Both the position numbers and the translations under genes were made by a program. Positions 8,867 to 20,569 of a stretch of 20,569 nucleotides of DNA are shown here, piece by piece; position 1 is the stretch's first letter; each line of letters begins with the position of its first letter. Source of the DNA: Azolla caroliniana (Eukaryota; Plantae; Polypodiophyta); the NCBI GenBank assembly GCA_043228905.1, contig JBHGNT010000566.1, positions 1-20,569 on the forward strand, read 5' to 3'. The notes below the pieces were generated by a model. The model saw nothing but the letters and a program-made list of their open reading frames with translations. It made no database searches and was not told the origin of the DNA.

Positions 8867-9735
8867 ATAGTACATAAACCTTGTTCAAATTATTCTCGTG
8901 GTCTCTCTCTAATTTCTCGTAAGTGTTTACGAACAAGTGCGTCTCCCCAATCGCGCATTACACCCACACGAACGTAAACACGAGCACCAACGTCCCTCCA
9001 ACACGAACGTAAACACGAGCACCAACGCATAGAATTTGCCTATAGGGACCGCAAACCACCCAAACGGAAAAAAAAACATCAAAGCAGGACACCCATACCG
9101 CACACGCCACGGCAACGGCTAAGGCTAAGGTCAACTTGTACACGCGGCGAATGTGAACTTGCTTCCACACTTGCCCGATAGGACACTCCTAGTGTGGTAG
9201 TCCGGTTAGCTTTCCTTGTCGTCGTCGTTACCAACCCCTCGTCCGTCCGAACGAGCGAGTACGGACACCGGTCTATCTACGTTCATCGATGTAGCACACT
9301 CGGGAGCCACCACTCGTCCCGCAGTAGCCTCCGCGTGCTTAGTGTCTCGGCACTAGCGCGTTCTAGTTTAATGTGCACGTGCCCGCACACCCCTACGCGC
9401 ACGCGCGAGTGCGCACATTTACCTATGTATGTATAAATGTTATGTTGCTCGACAAGCTCTCGCGCGAGGAGGAGGAGTACCCGCTACAGGTTGCGCCCAG
9501 ATTGTCTGGTGACAATACGACACCTAGGACTAGCCTAGACGTGTGGGAGGGTGGACTAGTTGGTATGGGTCTTGGGCAAGAGTTGTACGCAGGACACACA
9601 CGTTATGGTAATGGGAGTGGTGAGTGACATGCATGTGCTCTGATTGCATGGCCATGTGTATATATTAAAGGTGGAGGGAGCAATGTCAATACAATCCATT
9701 AGGAGACAAGCACCGGGATCATAAGGACAATCGCA

Positions 9736-10521
9736 ATGGCAAAGCTTACTTCCGTATTCCTCATGGCCGTGATCATGCTCGCCGCGTGTACCGCGGCCAA
9801 TGCTAGGTCTGTAGGGCGGGACCGTGAAGAGGAGCGACGCGATCGACGTCGTGAGGGAGACATTGACGAGGAGAGGCGCGATCGACGCCGAGAGGGGGAG
9901 TGCGATGACGAGAGGCGCGAGCGACGTCGTGAGGGGTTCCTTGAGGAGGGGCGCCGCTACAGAGACAACAAGAGAGACTCCGAAGAGGAAAGGGAACGTC
10001 GTAGCCGTGGTCGCGATGAGCCACGTGACGAGGAACTGAGGCGAGAGTGCGGTGATTTCATCGACAAGCAGATCCGAGAGCTACAAGAGCGCTCCGAAAG
10101 AGAGGAAGGTGAACAAGGACGTCGCTCCCCATGGATTGAAAACACTCGATACTCAAGACCCTCGGAACGGTGCTGCAGGAACGTCGAACGAATCCCCGCC
10201 GAAGATCGATGCGATCGCCTACGTGATGCCTTGTATGCTGACGAGGAGGAACGACGCAATGATGAAGGCCGACGCCATGGCCAACAATCAAGGGAACACC
10301 GTAGCTGGGAGGAAGAGGACGAGGAGCGCGAGAGAGATAGCAGCCGTGAGCGACGAGAGGGTGACGAACGCCGCCACCGCATGTCTCGACGACAAGAGGA
10401 CGAACGTCAACAACGTCGCCAATTCAAGGCCGATGACGAGGAAAGAGCTCTAGGCGTCGCCGCCTCCCGCCTACTCCAACAGTGCGATCTTCGCCCTCGT
10501 GCTTGTATTCGTCGCTTCTAA
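9736..10521 (+). CDS. 2S albumin-like storage protein precursor, copy 6, 261 aa (synonymous variant)
   Basis: Translation identical to copy 1; C>T at 10137 changes Ile134 ATC to ATT. Confidence 0.88.
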   Translation: MAKLTSVFLMAVIMLAACTAANARSVGRDREEERRDRRREGDIDEERRDRRREGECDDERRERRREGFLEEGRRYRDNKRDSEEERERRSRGRDEPRDEELRRECGDFIDKQIRELQERSEREEGEQGRRSPWIENTRYSRPSERCCRNVERIPAEDRCDRLRDALYADEEERRNDEGRRHGQQSREHRSWEEEDEERERDSSRERREGDERRHRMSRRQEDERQQRRQFKADDEERALGVAASRLLQQCDLRPRACIRRF

Positions 10522-11390
10522 ATAGTACATAAACCTTGTTCAAATTATTCTCGTGGTCTCTCTCTAATTTCTCGTAAGTGTTTACGAACAAGTGCGTCTC
10601 CCCAATCGCGCATTACACCCACACGAACGTAAACACGAGCACCAACGTCCCTCCAACACGAACGTAAACACGAGCACCAACGCATAGAATTTGCCTATAG
10701 GGACCGCAAACCACCCAAACGGAAAAAAAAACATCAAAGCAGGACACCCATACCGCACACGCCACGGCAACGGCTAAGGCTAAGGTCAACTTGTACACGC
10801 GGCGAATGTGAACTTGCTTCCACACTTGCCCGATAGGACACTCCTAGTGTGGTAGTCCGGTTAGCTTTCCTTGTCGTCGTCGTTACCAACCCCTCGTCCG
10901 TCCGAACGAGCGAGTACGGACACCGGTCTATCTACGTTCATCGATGTAGCACACTCGGGAGCCACCACTCGTCCCGCAGTAGCCTCCGCGTGCTTAGTGT
11001 CTCGGCACTAGCGCGTTCTAGTTTAATGTGCACGTGCCCGCACACCCCTACGCGCACGCGCGAGTGCGCACATTTACCTATGTATGTATAAATGTTATGT
11101 TGCTCGACAAGCTCTCGCGCGAGGAGGAGGAGTACCCGCTACAGGTTGCGCCCAGATTGTCTGGTGACAATACGACACCTAGGACTAGCCTAGACGTGTG
11201 GGAGGGTGGACTAGTTGGTATGGGTCTTGGGCAAGAGTTGTACGCAGGACACACACGTTATGGTAATGGGAGTGGTGAGTGACATGCATGTGCTCTGATT
11301 GCATGGCCATGTGTATATATTAAAGGTGGAGGGAGCAATGTCAATACAATCCATTAGGAGACAAGCACCGGGATCATAAGGACAATCGCA

Positions 11391-12176
11391 ATGGCAAAGC
11401 TTACTTCCGTATTCCTCATGGCCGTGATCATGCTCGCCGCGTGTACCGCGGCCAATGCTAGGTCTGTAGGGCGGGACCGTGAAGAGGAGCGACGCGATCG
11501 ACGTCGTGAGGGAGACATTGACGAGGAGAGGCGCGATCGACGCCGAGAGGGGGAGTGCGATGACGAGAGGCGCGAGCGACGTCGTGAGGGGTTCCTTGAG
11601 GAGGGGCGCCGCTACAGAGACAACAAGAGAGACTCCGAAGAGGAAAGGGAACGTCGTAGCCGTGGTCGCGATGAGCCACGTGACGAGGAACTGAGGCGAG
11701 AGTGCGGTGATTTCATCGACAAGCAGATCCGAGAGCTACAAGAGCGCTCCGAAAGAGAGGAAGGTGAACAAGGACGTCGCTCCCCATGGATCGAAAACAC
11801 TCGATACTCAAGACCCTCGGAACGGTGCTGCAGGAACGTCGAACGAATCCCCGCCGAAGATCGATGCGATCGCCTACGTGATGCCTTGTATGCTGACGAG
11901 GAGGAACGACGCAATGATGAAGGCCGACGCCATGGCCAACAATCAAGGGAACACCGTAGCTGGGAGGAAGAGGACGAGGAGCGCGAGAGAGATAGCAGCC
12001 GTGAGCGACGAGAGGGTGACGAACGCCGCCACCGCATGTCTCGACGACAAGAGGACGAACGTCAACAACGTCGCCAATTCAAGGCCGATGACGAGGAAAG
12101 AGCTCTAGGCGTCGCCGCCTCCCGCCTACTCCAACAGTGCGATCTTCGCCCTCGTGCTTGTATTCGTCGCTTCTAA
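11391..12176 (+). CDS. 2S albumin-like storage protein precursor, copy 7, 261 aa
   Basis: Translation identical to copy 1. Confidence 0.88.
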   Translation: MAKLTSVFLMAVIMLAACTAANARSVGRDREEERRDRRREGDIDEERRDRRREGECDDERRERRREGFLEEGRRYRDNKRDSEEERERRSRGRDEPRDEELRRECGDFIDKQIRELQERSEREEGEQGRRSPWIENTRYSRPSERCCRNVERIPAEDRCDRLRDALYADEEERRNDEGRRHGQQSREHRSWEEEDEERERDSSRERREGDERRHRMSRRQEDERQQRRQFKADDEERALGVAASRLLQQCDLRPRACIRRF

Positions 12177-13045
12177 ATAGTACATAAACCTTGTTCAAAT
12201 TATTCTCGTGGTCTCTCTCTAATTTCTCGTAAGTGTTTACGAACAAGTGCGTCTCCCCAATCGCGCATTACACCCACACGAACGTAAACACGAGCACCAA
12301 CGTCCCTCCAACACGAACGTAAACACGAGCACCAACGCATAGAATTTGCCTATAGGGACCGCAAACCACCCAAACGGAAAAAAAAACATCAAAGCAGGAC
12401 ACCCATACCGCACACGCCACGGCAACGGCTAAGGCTAAGGTCAACTTGTACACGCGGCGAATGTGAACTTGCTTCCACACTTGCCCGATAGGACACTCCT
12501 AGTGTGGTAGTCCGGTTAGCTTTCCTTGTCGTCGTCGTTACCAACCCCTCGTCCGTCCGAACGAGCGAGTACGGACACCGGTCTATCTACGTTCATCGAT
12601 GTAGCACACTCGGGAGCCACCACTCGTCCCGCAGTAGCCTCCGCGTGCTTAGTGTCTCGGCACTAGCGCGTTCTAGTTTAATGTGCACGTGCCCGCACAC
12701 CCCTACGCGCACGCGCGAGTGCGCACATTTACCTATGTATGTATAAATGTTATGTTGCTCGACAAGCTCTCGCGCGAGGAGGAGGAGTACCCGCTACAGG
12801 TTGCGCCCAGATTGTCTGGTGACAATACGACACCTAGGACTAGCCTAGACGTGTGGGAGGGTGGACTAGTTGGTATGGGTCTTGGGCAAGAGTTGTACGC
12901 AGGACACACACGTTATGGTAATGGGAGTGGTGAGTGACATGCATGTGCTCTGATTGCATGGCCATGTGTATATATTAAAGGTGGAGGGAGCAATGTCAAT
13001 ACAATCCATTAGGAGACAAGCACCGGGATCATAAGGACAATCGCA

Positions 13046-13831
13046 ATGGCAAAGCTTACTTCCGTATTCCTCATGGCCGTGATCATGCTCGCCGCGTGTA
13101 CCGCGGCCAATGCTAGGTCTGTAGGGCGGGACCGTGAAGAGGAGCGACGCGATCGACGTCGTGAGGGAGACATTGACGAGGAGAGGCGCGATCGACGCCG
13201 AGAGGGGGAGTGCGATGACGAGAGGCGCGAGCGACGTCGTGAGGGGTTCCTTGAGGAGGGGCGCCGCTACAGAGACAACAAGAGAGACTTCGAAGAGGAA
13301 AGGGAACGTCGTAGCCGTGGTCGCGATGAGCCACGTGACGAGGAACTGAGGCGAGAGTGCGGTGATTTCATCGACAAGCAGATCCGAGAGCTACAAGAGC
13401 GCTCCGAAAGAGAGGAAGGTGAACAAGGACGTCGCTCCCCATGGATCGAAAACACTCGATACTCAAGACCCTCGGAACGGTGCTGCAGGAACGTCGAACG
13501 AATCCCCGCCGAAGATCGATGCGATCGCCTACGTGATGCCTTGTATGCTGACGAGGAGGAACGACGCAATGATGAAGGCCGACGCCATGGCCAACAATCA
13601 AGGGAACACCGTAGCTGGGAGGAAGAGGACGAGGAGCGCGAGAGAGATAGCAGCCGTGAGCGACGAGAGGGTGACGAACGCCGCCACCGCATGTCTCGAC
13701 GACAAGAGGACGAACGTCAACAACGTCGCCAATTCAAGGCCGATGACGAGGAAAGAGCTCTAGGCGTCGCCGCCTCCCGCCTACTCCAACAGTGCGATCT
13801 TCGCCCTCGTGCTTGTATTCGTCGCTTCTAA
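13046..13831 (+). CDS. 2S albumin-like storage protein precursor, copy 8, 261 aa (S82F variant)
   Basis: C>T at 13290 changes TCC to TTC (Ser82Phe); otherwise identical. Confidence 0.88.
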   Translation: MAKLTSVFLMAVIMLAACTAANARSVGRDREEERRDRRREGDIDEERRDRRREGECDDERRERRREGFLEEGRRYRDNKRDFEEERERRSRGRDEPRDEELRRECGDFIDKQIRELQERSEREEGEQGRRSPWIENTRYSRPSERCCRNVERIPAEDRCDRLRDALYADEEERRNDEGRRHGQQSREHRSWEEEDEERERDSSRERREGDERRHRMSRRQEDERQQRRQFKADDEERALGVAASRLLQQCDLRPRACIRRF

Positions 13832-14700
13832 ATAGTACATAAACCTTGTTCAAATTATTCTCGTGGTCTCTCTCTAATTTCTCGTAAGTGTTTACGAACA
13901 AGTGCGTCTCCCCAATCGCGCATTACACCCACACGAACGTAAACACGAGCACCAACGTCCCTCCAACACGAACGTAAACACGAGCACCAACGCATAGAAT
14001 TTGCCTATAGGGACCGCAAACCACCCAAACGGAAAAAAAAACATCAAAGCAGGACACCCATACCGCACACGCCACGGCAACGGCTAAGGCTAAGGTCAAC
14101 TTGTACACGCGGCGAATGTGAACTTGCTTCCACACTTGCCCGATAGGACACTCCTAGTGTGGTAGTCCGGTTAGCTTTCCTTGTCGTCGTCGTTACCAAC
14201 CCCTCGTCCGTCCGAACGAGCGAGTACGGACACCGGTCTATCTACGTTCATCGATGTAGCACACTCGGGAGCCACCACTCGTCCCGCAGTAGCCTCCGCG
14301 TGCTTAGTGTCTCGGCACTAGCGCGTTCTAGTTTAATGTGCACGTGCCCGCACACCCCTACGCGCACGCGCGAGTGCGCACATTTACCTATGTATGTATA
14401 AATGTTATGTTGCTCGACAAGCTCTCGCGCGAGGAGGAGGAGTACCCGCTACAGGTTGCGCCCAGATTGTCTGGTGACAATACGACACCTAGGACTAGCC
14501 TAGACGTGTGGGAGGGTGGACTAGTTGGTATGGGTCTTGGGCAAGAGTTGTACGCAGGACACACACGTTATGGTAATGGGAGTGGTGAGTGACATGCATG
14601 TGCTCTGATTGCATGGCCATGTGTATATATTAAAGGTGGAGGGAGCAATGTCAATACAATCCATTAGGAGACAAGCACCGGGATCATAAGGACAATCGCA

Positions 14701-15486
14701 ATGGCAAAGCTTACTTCCGTATTCCTCATGGCCGTGATCATGCTCGCCGCGTGTACCGCGGCCAATGCTAGGTCTGTAGGGCGGGACCGTGAAGAGGAGC
14801 GACGCGATCGACGTCGTGAGGGAGACATTGACGAGGAGAGGCGCGATCGACGCCGAGAGGGGGAGTGCGATGACGAGAGGCGCGAGCGACGTCGTGAGGG
14901 GTTCCTTGAGGAGGGGCGCCGCTACAGAGACAACAAGAGAGACTCCGAAGAGGAAAGGGAACGTCGTAGCCGTGGTCGCGATGAGCCACGTGACGAGGAA
15001 CTGAGGCGAGAGTGCGGTGATTTCATCGACAAGCAGATCCGAGAGCTACAAGAGCGCTCCGAAAGAGAGGAAGGTGAACAAGGACGTCGCTCCCCATGGA
15101 TCGAAAACACTCGATACTCAAGACCCTCGGAACGGTGCTGCAGGAACGTCGAACGAATCCCCGCCGAAGATCGATGCGATCGCCTACGTGATGCCTTGTA
15201 TGCTGACGAGGAGGAACGACGCAATGATGAAGGCCGACGCCATGGCCAACAATCAAGGGAACACCGTAGCTGGGAGGAAGAGGACGAGGAGCGCGAGAGA
15301 GATAGCAGCCGTGAGCGACGAGAGGGTGACGAACGCCGCCACCGCATGTCTCGACGACAAGAGGACGAACGTCAACAACGTCGCCAATTCAAGGCCGATG
15401 ACGAGGAAAGAGCTCTAGGCGTCGCCGCCTCCCGCCTACTCCAACAGTGCGATCTTCGCCCTCGTGCTTGTATTCGTCGCTTCTAA
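14701..15486 (+). CDS. 2S albumin-like storage protein precursor, copy 9, 261 aa
   Basis: Translation identical to copy 1. Confidence 0.88.
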   Translation: MAKLTSVFLMAVIMLAACTAANARSVGRDREEERRDRRREGDIDEERRDRRREGECDDERRERRREGFLEEGRRYRDNKRDSEEERERRSRGRDEPRDEELRRECGDFIDKQIRELQERSEREEGEQGRRSPWIENTRYSRPSERCCRNVERIPAEDRCDRLRDALYADEEERRNDEGRRHGQQSREHRSWEEEDEERERDSSRERREGDERRHRMSRRQEDERQQRRQFKADDEERALGVAASRLLQQCDLRPRACIRRF

Positions 15487-16355
15487 ATAGTACATAAACC
15501 TTGTTCAAATTATTCTCGTGGTCTCTCTCTAATTTCTCGTAAGTGTTTACGAACAAGTGCGTCTCCCCAATCGCGCATTACACCCACACGAACGTAAACA
15601 CGAGCACCAACGTCCCTCCAACACGAACGTAAACACGAGCACCAACGCATAGAATTTGCCTATAGGGACCGCAAACCACCCAAACGGAAAAAAAAACATC
15701 AAAGCAGGACACCCATACCGCACACGCCACGGCAACGGCTAAGGCTAAGGTCAACTTGTACACGCGGCGAATGTGAACTTGCTTCCACACTTGCCCGATA
15801 GGACACTCCTAGTGTGGTAGTCCGGTTAGCTTTCCTTGTCGTCGTCGTTACCAACCCCTCGTCCGTCCGAACGAGCGAGTACGGACACCGGTCTATCTAC
15901 GTTCATCGATGTAGCACACTCGGGAGCCACCACTCGTCCCGCAGTAGCCTCCGCGTGCTTAGTGTCTCGGCACTAGCGCGTTCTAGTTTAATGTGCACGT
16001 GCCCGCACACCCCTACGCGCACGCGCGAGTGCGCACATTTACCTATGTATGTATAAATGTTATGTTGCTCGACAAGCTCTCGCGCGAGGAGGAGGAGTAC
16101 CCGCTACAGGTTGCGCCCAGATTGTCTGGTGACAATACGACACCTAGGACTAGCCTAGACGTGTGGGAGGGTGGACTAGTTGGTATGGGTCTTGGGCAAG
16201 AGTTGTACGCAGGACACACACGTTATGGTAATGGGAGTGGTGAGTGACATGCATGTGCTCTGATTGCATGGCCATGTGTATATATTAAAGGTGGAGGGAG
16301 CAATGTCAATACAATCCATTAGGAGACAAGCACCGGGATCATAAGGACAATCGCA

Positions 16356-17126
16356 ATGGCAAAGCTTACTTCCGTATTCCTCATGGCCGTGATCATGCTC
16401 GCCGCGTGTACCGCGGCCAATGCTAGGTCTGTAGGGCGGGACCGTGAAGAGGAGCGACGCGATCGACGTCGTGAGGGAGACATTGACGAGGAGAGGCGCG
16501 ATCGACGCCGAGAGGGGGAGTGCGAGCGACGTCGTGAGGGGTTCCTTGAGGAGGGGCGCCGCTACAGAGACAACAAGAGAGACTCCGAAGAGGAAAGGGA
16601 ACGTCGTAGCCGTGGTCGCGATGAGCCACGTGACGAGGAACTGAGGCGAGAGTGCGGTGATTTCATCGACAAGCAGATCCGAGAGCTACAAGAGCGCTCC
16701 GAAAGAGAGGAAGGTGAACAAGGACGTCGCTCCCCATGGATCGAAAACACTCGATACTCAAGACCCTCGGAACGGTGCTGCAGGAACGTCGAACGAATCC
16801 CCGCCGAAGATCGATGCGATCGCCTACGTGATGCCTTGTATGCTGACGAGGAGGAACGACGCAATGATGAAGGCCGACGCCATGGCCAACAATCAAGGGA
16901 ACACCGTAGCTGGGAGGAAGAGGACGAGGAGCGCGAGAGAGATAGCAGCCGTGAGCGACGAGAGGGTGACGAACGCCGCCACCGCATGTCTCGACGACAA
17001 GAGGACGAACGTCAACAACGTCGCCAATTCAAGGCCGATGACGAGGAAAGAGCTCTAGGCGTCGCCGCCTCCCGCCTACTCCAACAGTGCGATCTTCGCC
17101 CTCGTGCTTGTATTCGTCGCTTCTAA
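16356..17126 (+). CDS. 2S albumin-like storage protein precursor, copy 10, 256 aa (in-frame deletion of DDERR)
   Basis: 15-bp deletion with junction at 16522-16525; reading frame intact. Confidence 0.87.
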   Translation: MAKLTSVFLMAVIMLAACTAANARSVGRDREEERRDRRREGDIDEERRDRRREGECERRREGFLEEGRRYRDNKRDSEEERERRSRGRDEPRDEELRRECGDFIDKQIRELQERSEREEGEQGRRSPWIENTRYSRPSERCCRNVERIPAEDRCDRLRDALYADEEERRNDEGRRHGQQSREHRSWEEEDEERERDSSRERREGDERRHRMSRRQEDERQQRRQFKADDEERALGVAASRLLQQCDLRPRACIRRF

Positions 17127-17995
17127 ATAGTACATAAACCTTGTTCAAATTATTCTCGTGGTCTCTCTCTAATTTCTCGTAAGTGTTTACGAACAAGTGC
17201 GTCTCCCCAATCGCGCATTACACCCACACGAACGTAAACACGAGCACCAACGTCCCTCCAACACGAACGTAAACACGAGCACCAACGCATAGAATTTGCC
17301 TATAGGGACCGCAAACCACCCAAACGGAAAAAAAAACATCAAAGCAGGACACCCATACCGCACACGCCACGGCAACGGCTAAGGCTAAGGTCAACTTGTA
17401 CACGCGGCGAATGTGAACTTGCTTCCACACTTGCCCGATAGGACACTCCTAGTGTGGTAGTCCGGTTAGCTTTCCTTGTCGTCGTCGTTACCAACCCCTC
17501 GTCCGTCCGAACGAGCGAGTACGGACACCGGTCTATCTACGTTCATCGATGTAGCACACTCGGGAGCCACCACTCGTCCCGCAGTAGCCTCCGCGTGCTT
17601 AGTGTCTCGGCACTAGCGCGTTCTAGTTTAATGTGCACGTGCCCGCACACCCCTACGCGCACGCGCGAGTGCGCACATTTACCTATGTATGTATAAATGT
17701 TATGTTGCTCGACAAGCTCTCGCGCGAGGAGGAGGAGTACCCGCTACAGGTTGCGCCCAGATTGTCTGGTGACAATACGACACCTAGGACTAGCCTAGAC
17801 GTGTGGGAGGGTGGACTAGTTGGTATGGGTCTTGGGCAAGAGTTGTACGCAGGACACACACGTTATGGTAATGGGAGTGGTGAGTGACATGCATGTGCTC
17901 TGATTGCATGGCCATGTGTATATATTAAAGGTGGAGGGAGCAATGTCAATACAATCCATTAGGAGACAAGCACCGGGATCATAAGGACAATCGCA

Positions 17996-18781
17996 ATGGC
18001 AAAGCTTACTTCCGTATTCCTCATGGCCGTGATCATGCTCGCCGCGTGTACCGCGGCCAATGCTAGGTCTGTAGGGCGGGACCGTGAAGAGGAGCGACGC
18101 GATCGACGTCGTGAGGGAGACATTGACGAGGAGAGGCGCGATCGACGCCGAGAGGGGGAGTGCGATGACGAGAGGCGCGAGCGACGTCGTGAGGGGTTCC
18201 TTGAGGAGGGGCGCCGCTACAGAGACAACAAGAGAGACTCCGAAGAGGAAAGGGAACGTCGTAGCCGTGGTCGCGATGAGCCACGTGACGAGGAACTGAG
18301 GCGAGAGTGCGGTGATTTCATCGACAAGCAGATCCGAGAGCTACAAGAGCGCTCCGAAAGAGAGGAAGGTGAACAAGGACGTCGCTCCCCATGGATCGAA
18401 AACACTCGATACTCAAGACCCTCGGAACGGTGCTGCAGGAACGTCGAACGAATCCCCGCCGAAGATCGATGCGATCGCCTACGTGATGCCTTGTATGCTG
18501 ACGAGGAGGAACGACGCAATGATGAAGGCCGACGCCATGGCCAACAATCAAGGGAACACCGTAGCTGGGAGGAAGAGGACGAGGAGCGCGAGAGAGATAG
18601 CAGCCGTGAGCGACGAGAGGGTGACGAACGCCGCCACCGCATGTCTCGACGACAAGAGGACGAACGTCAACAACGTCGCCAATTCAAGGCCGATGACGAG
18701 GAAAGAGCTCTAGGCGTCGCCGCCTCCCGCCTACTCCAACAGTGCGATCTTCGCCCTCGTGCTTGTATTCGTCGCTTCTAA
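17996..18781 (+). CDS. 2S albumin-like storage protein precursor, copy 11, 261 aa
   Basis: Translation identical to copy 1. Confidence 0.88.
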   Translation: MAKLTSVFLMAVIMLAACTAANARSVGRDREEERRDRRREGDIDEERRDRRREGECDDERRERRREGFLEEGRRYRDNKRDSEEERERRSRGRDEPRDEELRRECGDFIDKQIRELQERSEREEGEQGRRSPWIENTRYSRPSERCCRNVERIPAEDRCDRLRDALYADEEERRNDEGRRHGQQSREHRSWEEEDEERERDSSRERREGDERRHRMSRRQEDERQQRRQFKADDEERALGVAASRLLQQCDLRPRACIRRF

Positions 18782-19650
18782 ATAGTACATAAACCTTGTT
18801 CAAATTATTCTCGTGGTCTCTCTCTAATTTCTCGTAAGTGTTTACGAACAAGTGCGTCTCCCCAATCGCGCATTACACCCACACGAACGTAAACACGAGC
18901 ACCAACGTCCCTCCAACACGAACGTAAACACGAGCACCAACGCATAGAATTTGCCTATAGGGACCGCAAACCACCCAAACGGAAAAAAAAACATCAAAGC
19001 AGGACACCCATACCGCACACGCCACGGCAACGGCTAAGGCTAAGGTCAACTTGTACACGCGGCGAATGTGAACTTGCTTCCACACTTGCCCGATAGGACA
19101 CTCCTAGTGTGGTAGTCCGGTTAGCTTTCCTTGTCGTCGTCGTTACCAACCCCTCGTCCGTCCGAACGAGCGAGTACGGACACCGGTCTATCTACGTTCA
19201 TCGATGTAGCACACTCGGGAGCCACCACTCGTCCCGCAGTAGCCTCCGCGTGCTTAGTGTCTCGGCACTAGCGCGTTCTAGTTTAATGTGCACGTGCCCG
19301 CACACCCCTACGCGCACGCGCGAGTGCGCACATTTACCTATGTATGTATAAATGTTATGTTGCTCGACAAGCTCTCGCGCGAGGAGGAGGAGTACCCGCT
19401 ACAGGTTGCGCCCAGATTGTCTGGTGACAATACGACACCTAGGACTAGCCTAGACGTGTGGGAGGGTGGACTAGTTGGTATGGGTCTTGGGCAAGAGTTG
19501 TACGCAGGACACACACGTTATGGTAATGGGAGTGGTGAGTGACATGCATGTGCTCTGATTGCATGGCCATGTGTATATATTAAAGGTGGAGGGAGCAATG
19601 TCAATACAATCCATTAGGAGACAAGCACCGGGATCATAAGGACAATCGCA

Positions 19651-20436
19651 ATGGCAAAGCTTACTTCCGTATTCCTCATGGCCGTGATCATGCTCGCCGC
19701 GTGTACCGCGGCCAATGCTAGGTCTGTAGGGCGGGACCGTGAAGAGGAGCGACGCGATCGACGTCGTGAGGGAGACATTGACGAGGAGAGGCGCGATCGA
19801 CGCCGAGAGGGGGAGTGCGATGACGAGAGGCGCGAGCGACGTCGTGAGGGGTTCCTTGAGGAGGGGCGCCGCTACAGAGACAACAAGAGAGACTCCGAAG
19901 AGGAAAGGGAACGTCGTAGCCGTGGTCGCGATGAGCCACGTGACGAGGAACTGAGGCGAGAGTGCGGTGATTTCATCGACAAGCAGATCCGAGAGCTACA
20001 AGAGCGCTCCGAAAGAGAGGAAGGTGAACAAGGACGTCGCTCCCCATGGATCGAAAACACTCGATACTCAAGACCCTCGGAACGGTGCTGCAGGAACGTC
20101 GAACGAATCCCCGCCGAAGATCGATGCGATCGCCTACGTGATGCCTTGTATGCTGACGAGGAGGAACGACGCAATGATGAAGGCCGACGCCATGGCCAAC
20201 AATCAAGGGAACACCGTAGCTGGGAGGAAGAGGACGAGGAGCGCGAGAGAGATAGCAGCCGTGAGCGACGAGAGGGTGACGAACGCCGCCACCGCATGTC
20301 TCGACGACAAGAGGACGAACGTCAACAACGTCGCCAATTCAAGGCCGATGACGAGGAAAGAGCTCTAGGCGTCGCCGCCTCCCGCCTACTCCAACAGTGC
20401 GATCTTCGCCCTCGTGCTTGTATTCGTCGCTTCTAA
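19651..20436 (+). CDS. 2S albumin-like storage protein precursor, copy 12, 261 aa
   Basis: Translation identical to copy 1. Confidence 0.88.
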   Translation: MAKLTSVFLMAVIMLAACTAANARSVGRDREEERRDRRREGDIDEERRDRRREGECDDERRERRREGFLEEGRRYRDNKRDSEEERERRSRGRDEPRDEELRRECGDFIDKQIRELQERSEREEGEQGRRSPWIENTRYSRPSERCCRNVERIPAEDRCDRLRDALYADEEERRNDEGRRHGQQSREHRSWEEEDEERERDSSRERREGDERRHRMSRRQEDERQQRRQFKADDEERALGVAASRLLQQCDLRPRACIRRF

Positions 20437-20569
20437 ATAGTACATAAACCTTGTTCAAATTATTCTCGTGGTCTCTCTCTAATTTCTCGTAAGTGTTTAC
20501 GAACAAGTGCGTCTCCCCAATCGCGCATTACACCCACACGAACGTAAACACGAGCACCAACGTCCCTCC

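Larger units (their letters stand above)
1..20569 (+). repeat. Head-to-tail tandem array of a 1655-bp gene-containing unit (~12.4 copies, both ends outside the window)
   Basis: The same ORF starts at 1461, 3116, 4771, 6426, 8081, 9736, 11391, 13046, 14701, 16356, 17996 and 19651. Spacing is exactly 1655 bp except one 1640-bp interval caused by a 15-bp deletion. Spacer sequences also match between copies by eye. Confidence 0.99.

Noticed and set aside
1-20569. Transgene concatemer or transposon-derived array
   Set aside because: No vector, marker, 35S/nos, LTR, terminal inverted repeat or transposase sequence recognised. A rolling-circle or assembly artefact is less likely given the private variants but cannot be excluded without reads.

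Overview
The whole window is one head-to-tail tandem array of a 1655-bp unit (about 12.4 units, running off both ends). Each unit holds one intronless + strand gene (786 bp, 261 aa) and an 869-bp spacer. The protein has a signal peptide and the cysteine skeleton of a plant 2S albumin (prolamin superfamily) seed/spore storage protein. Its PSERCC motif resembles conifer 2S albumins as I recall them (not searched). It is unusually long and extremely Arg/Glu/Asp-rich (by hand count 68 R, 49 E, 25 D), and it appears to have lost the C1-C5 disulfide pair. Each spacer ends in a compact seed-maturation-type promoter (ACGT/G-box elements, RY repeat CATGCATG, TATA box). There are 12 complete genes and one cut by the window start. 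The copies are almost identical: I could see only three single-copy C>T transitions (all in CG/CHG context) and one in-frame 15-bp deletion. The other ORFs in the track are best explained as shadows of the main gene or chance spacer ORFs. All comparisons were by eye.
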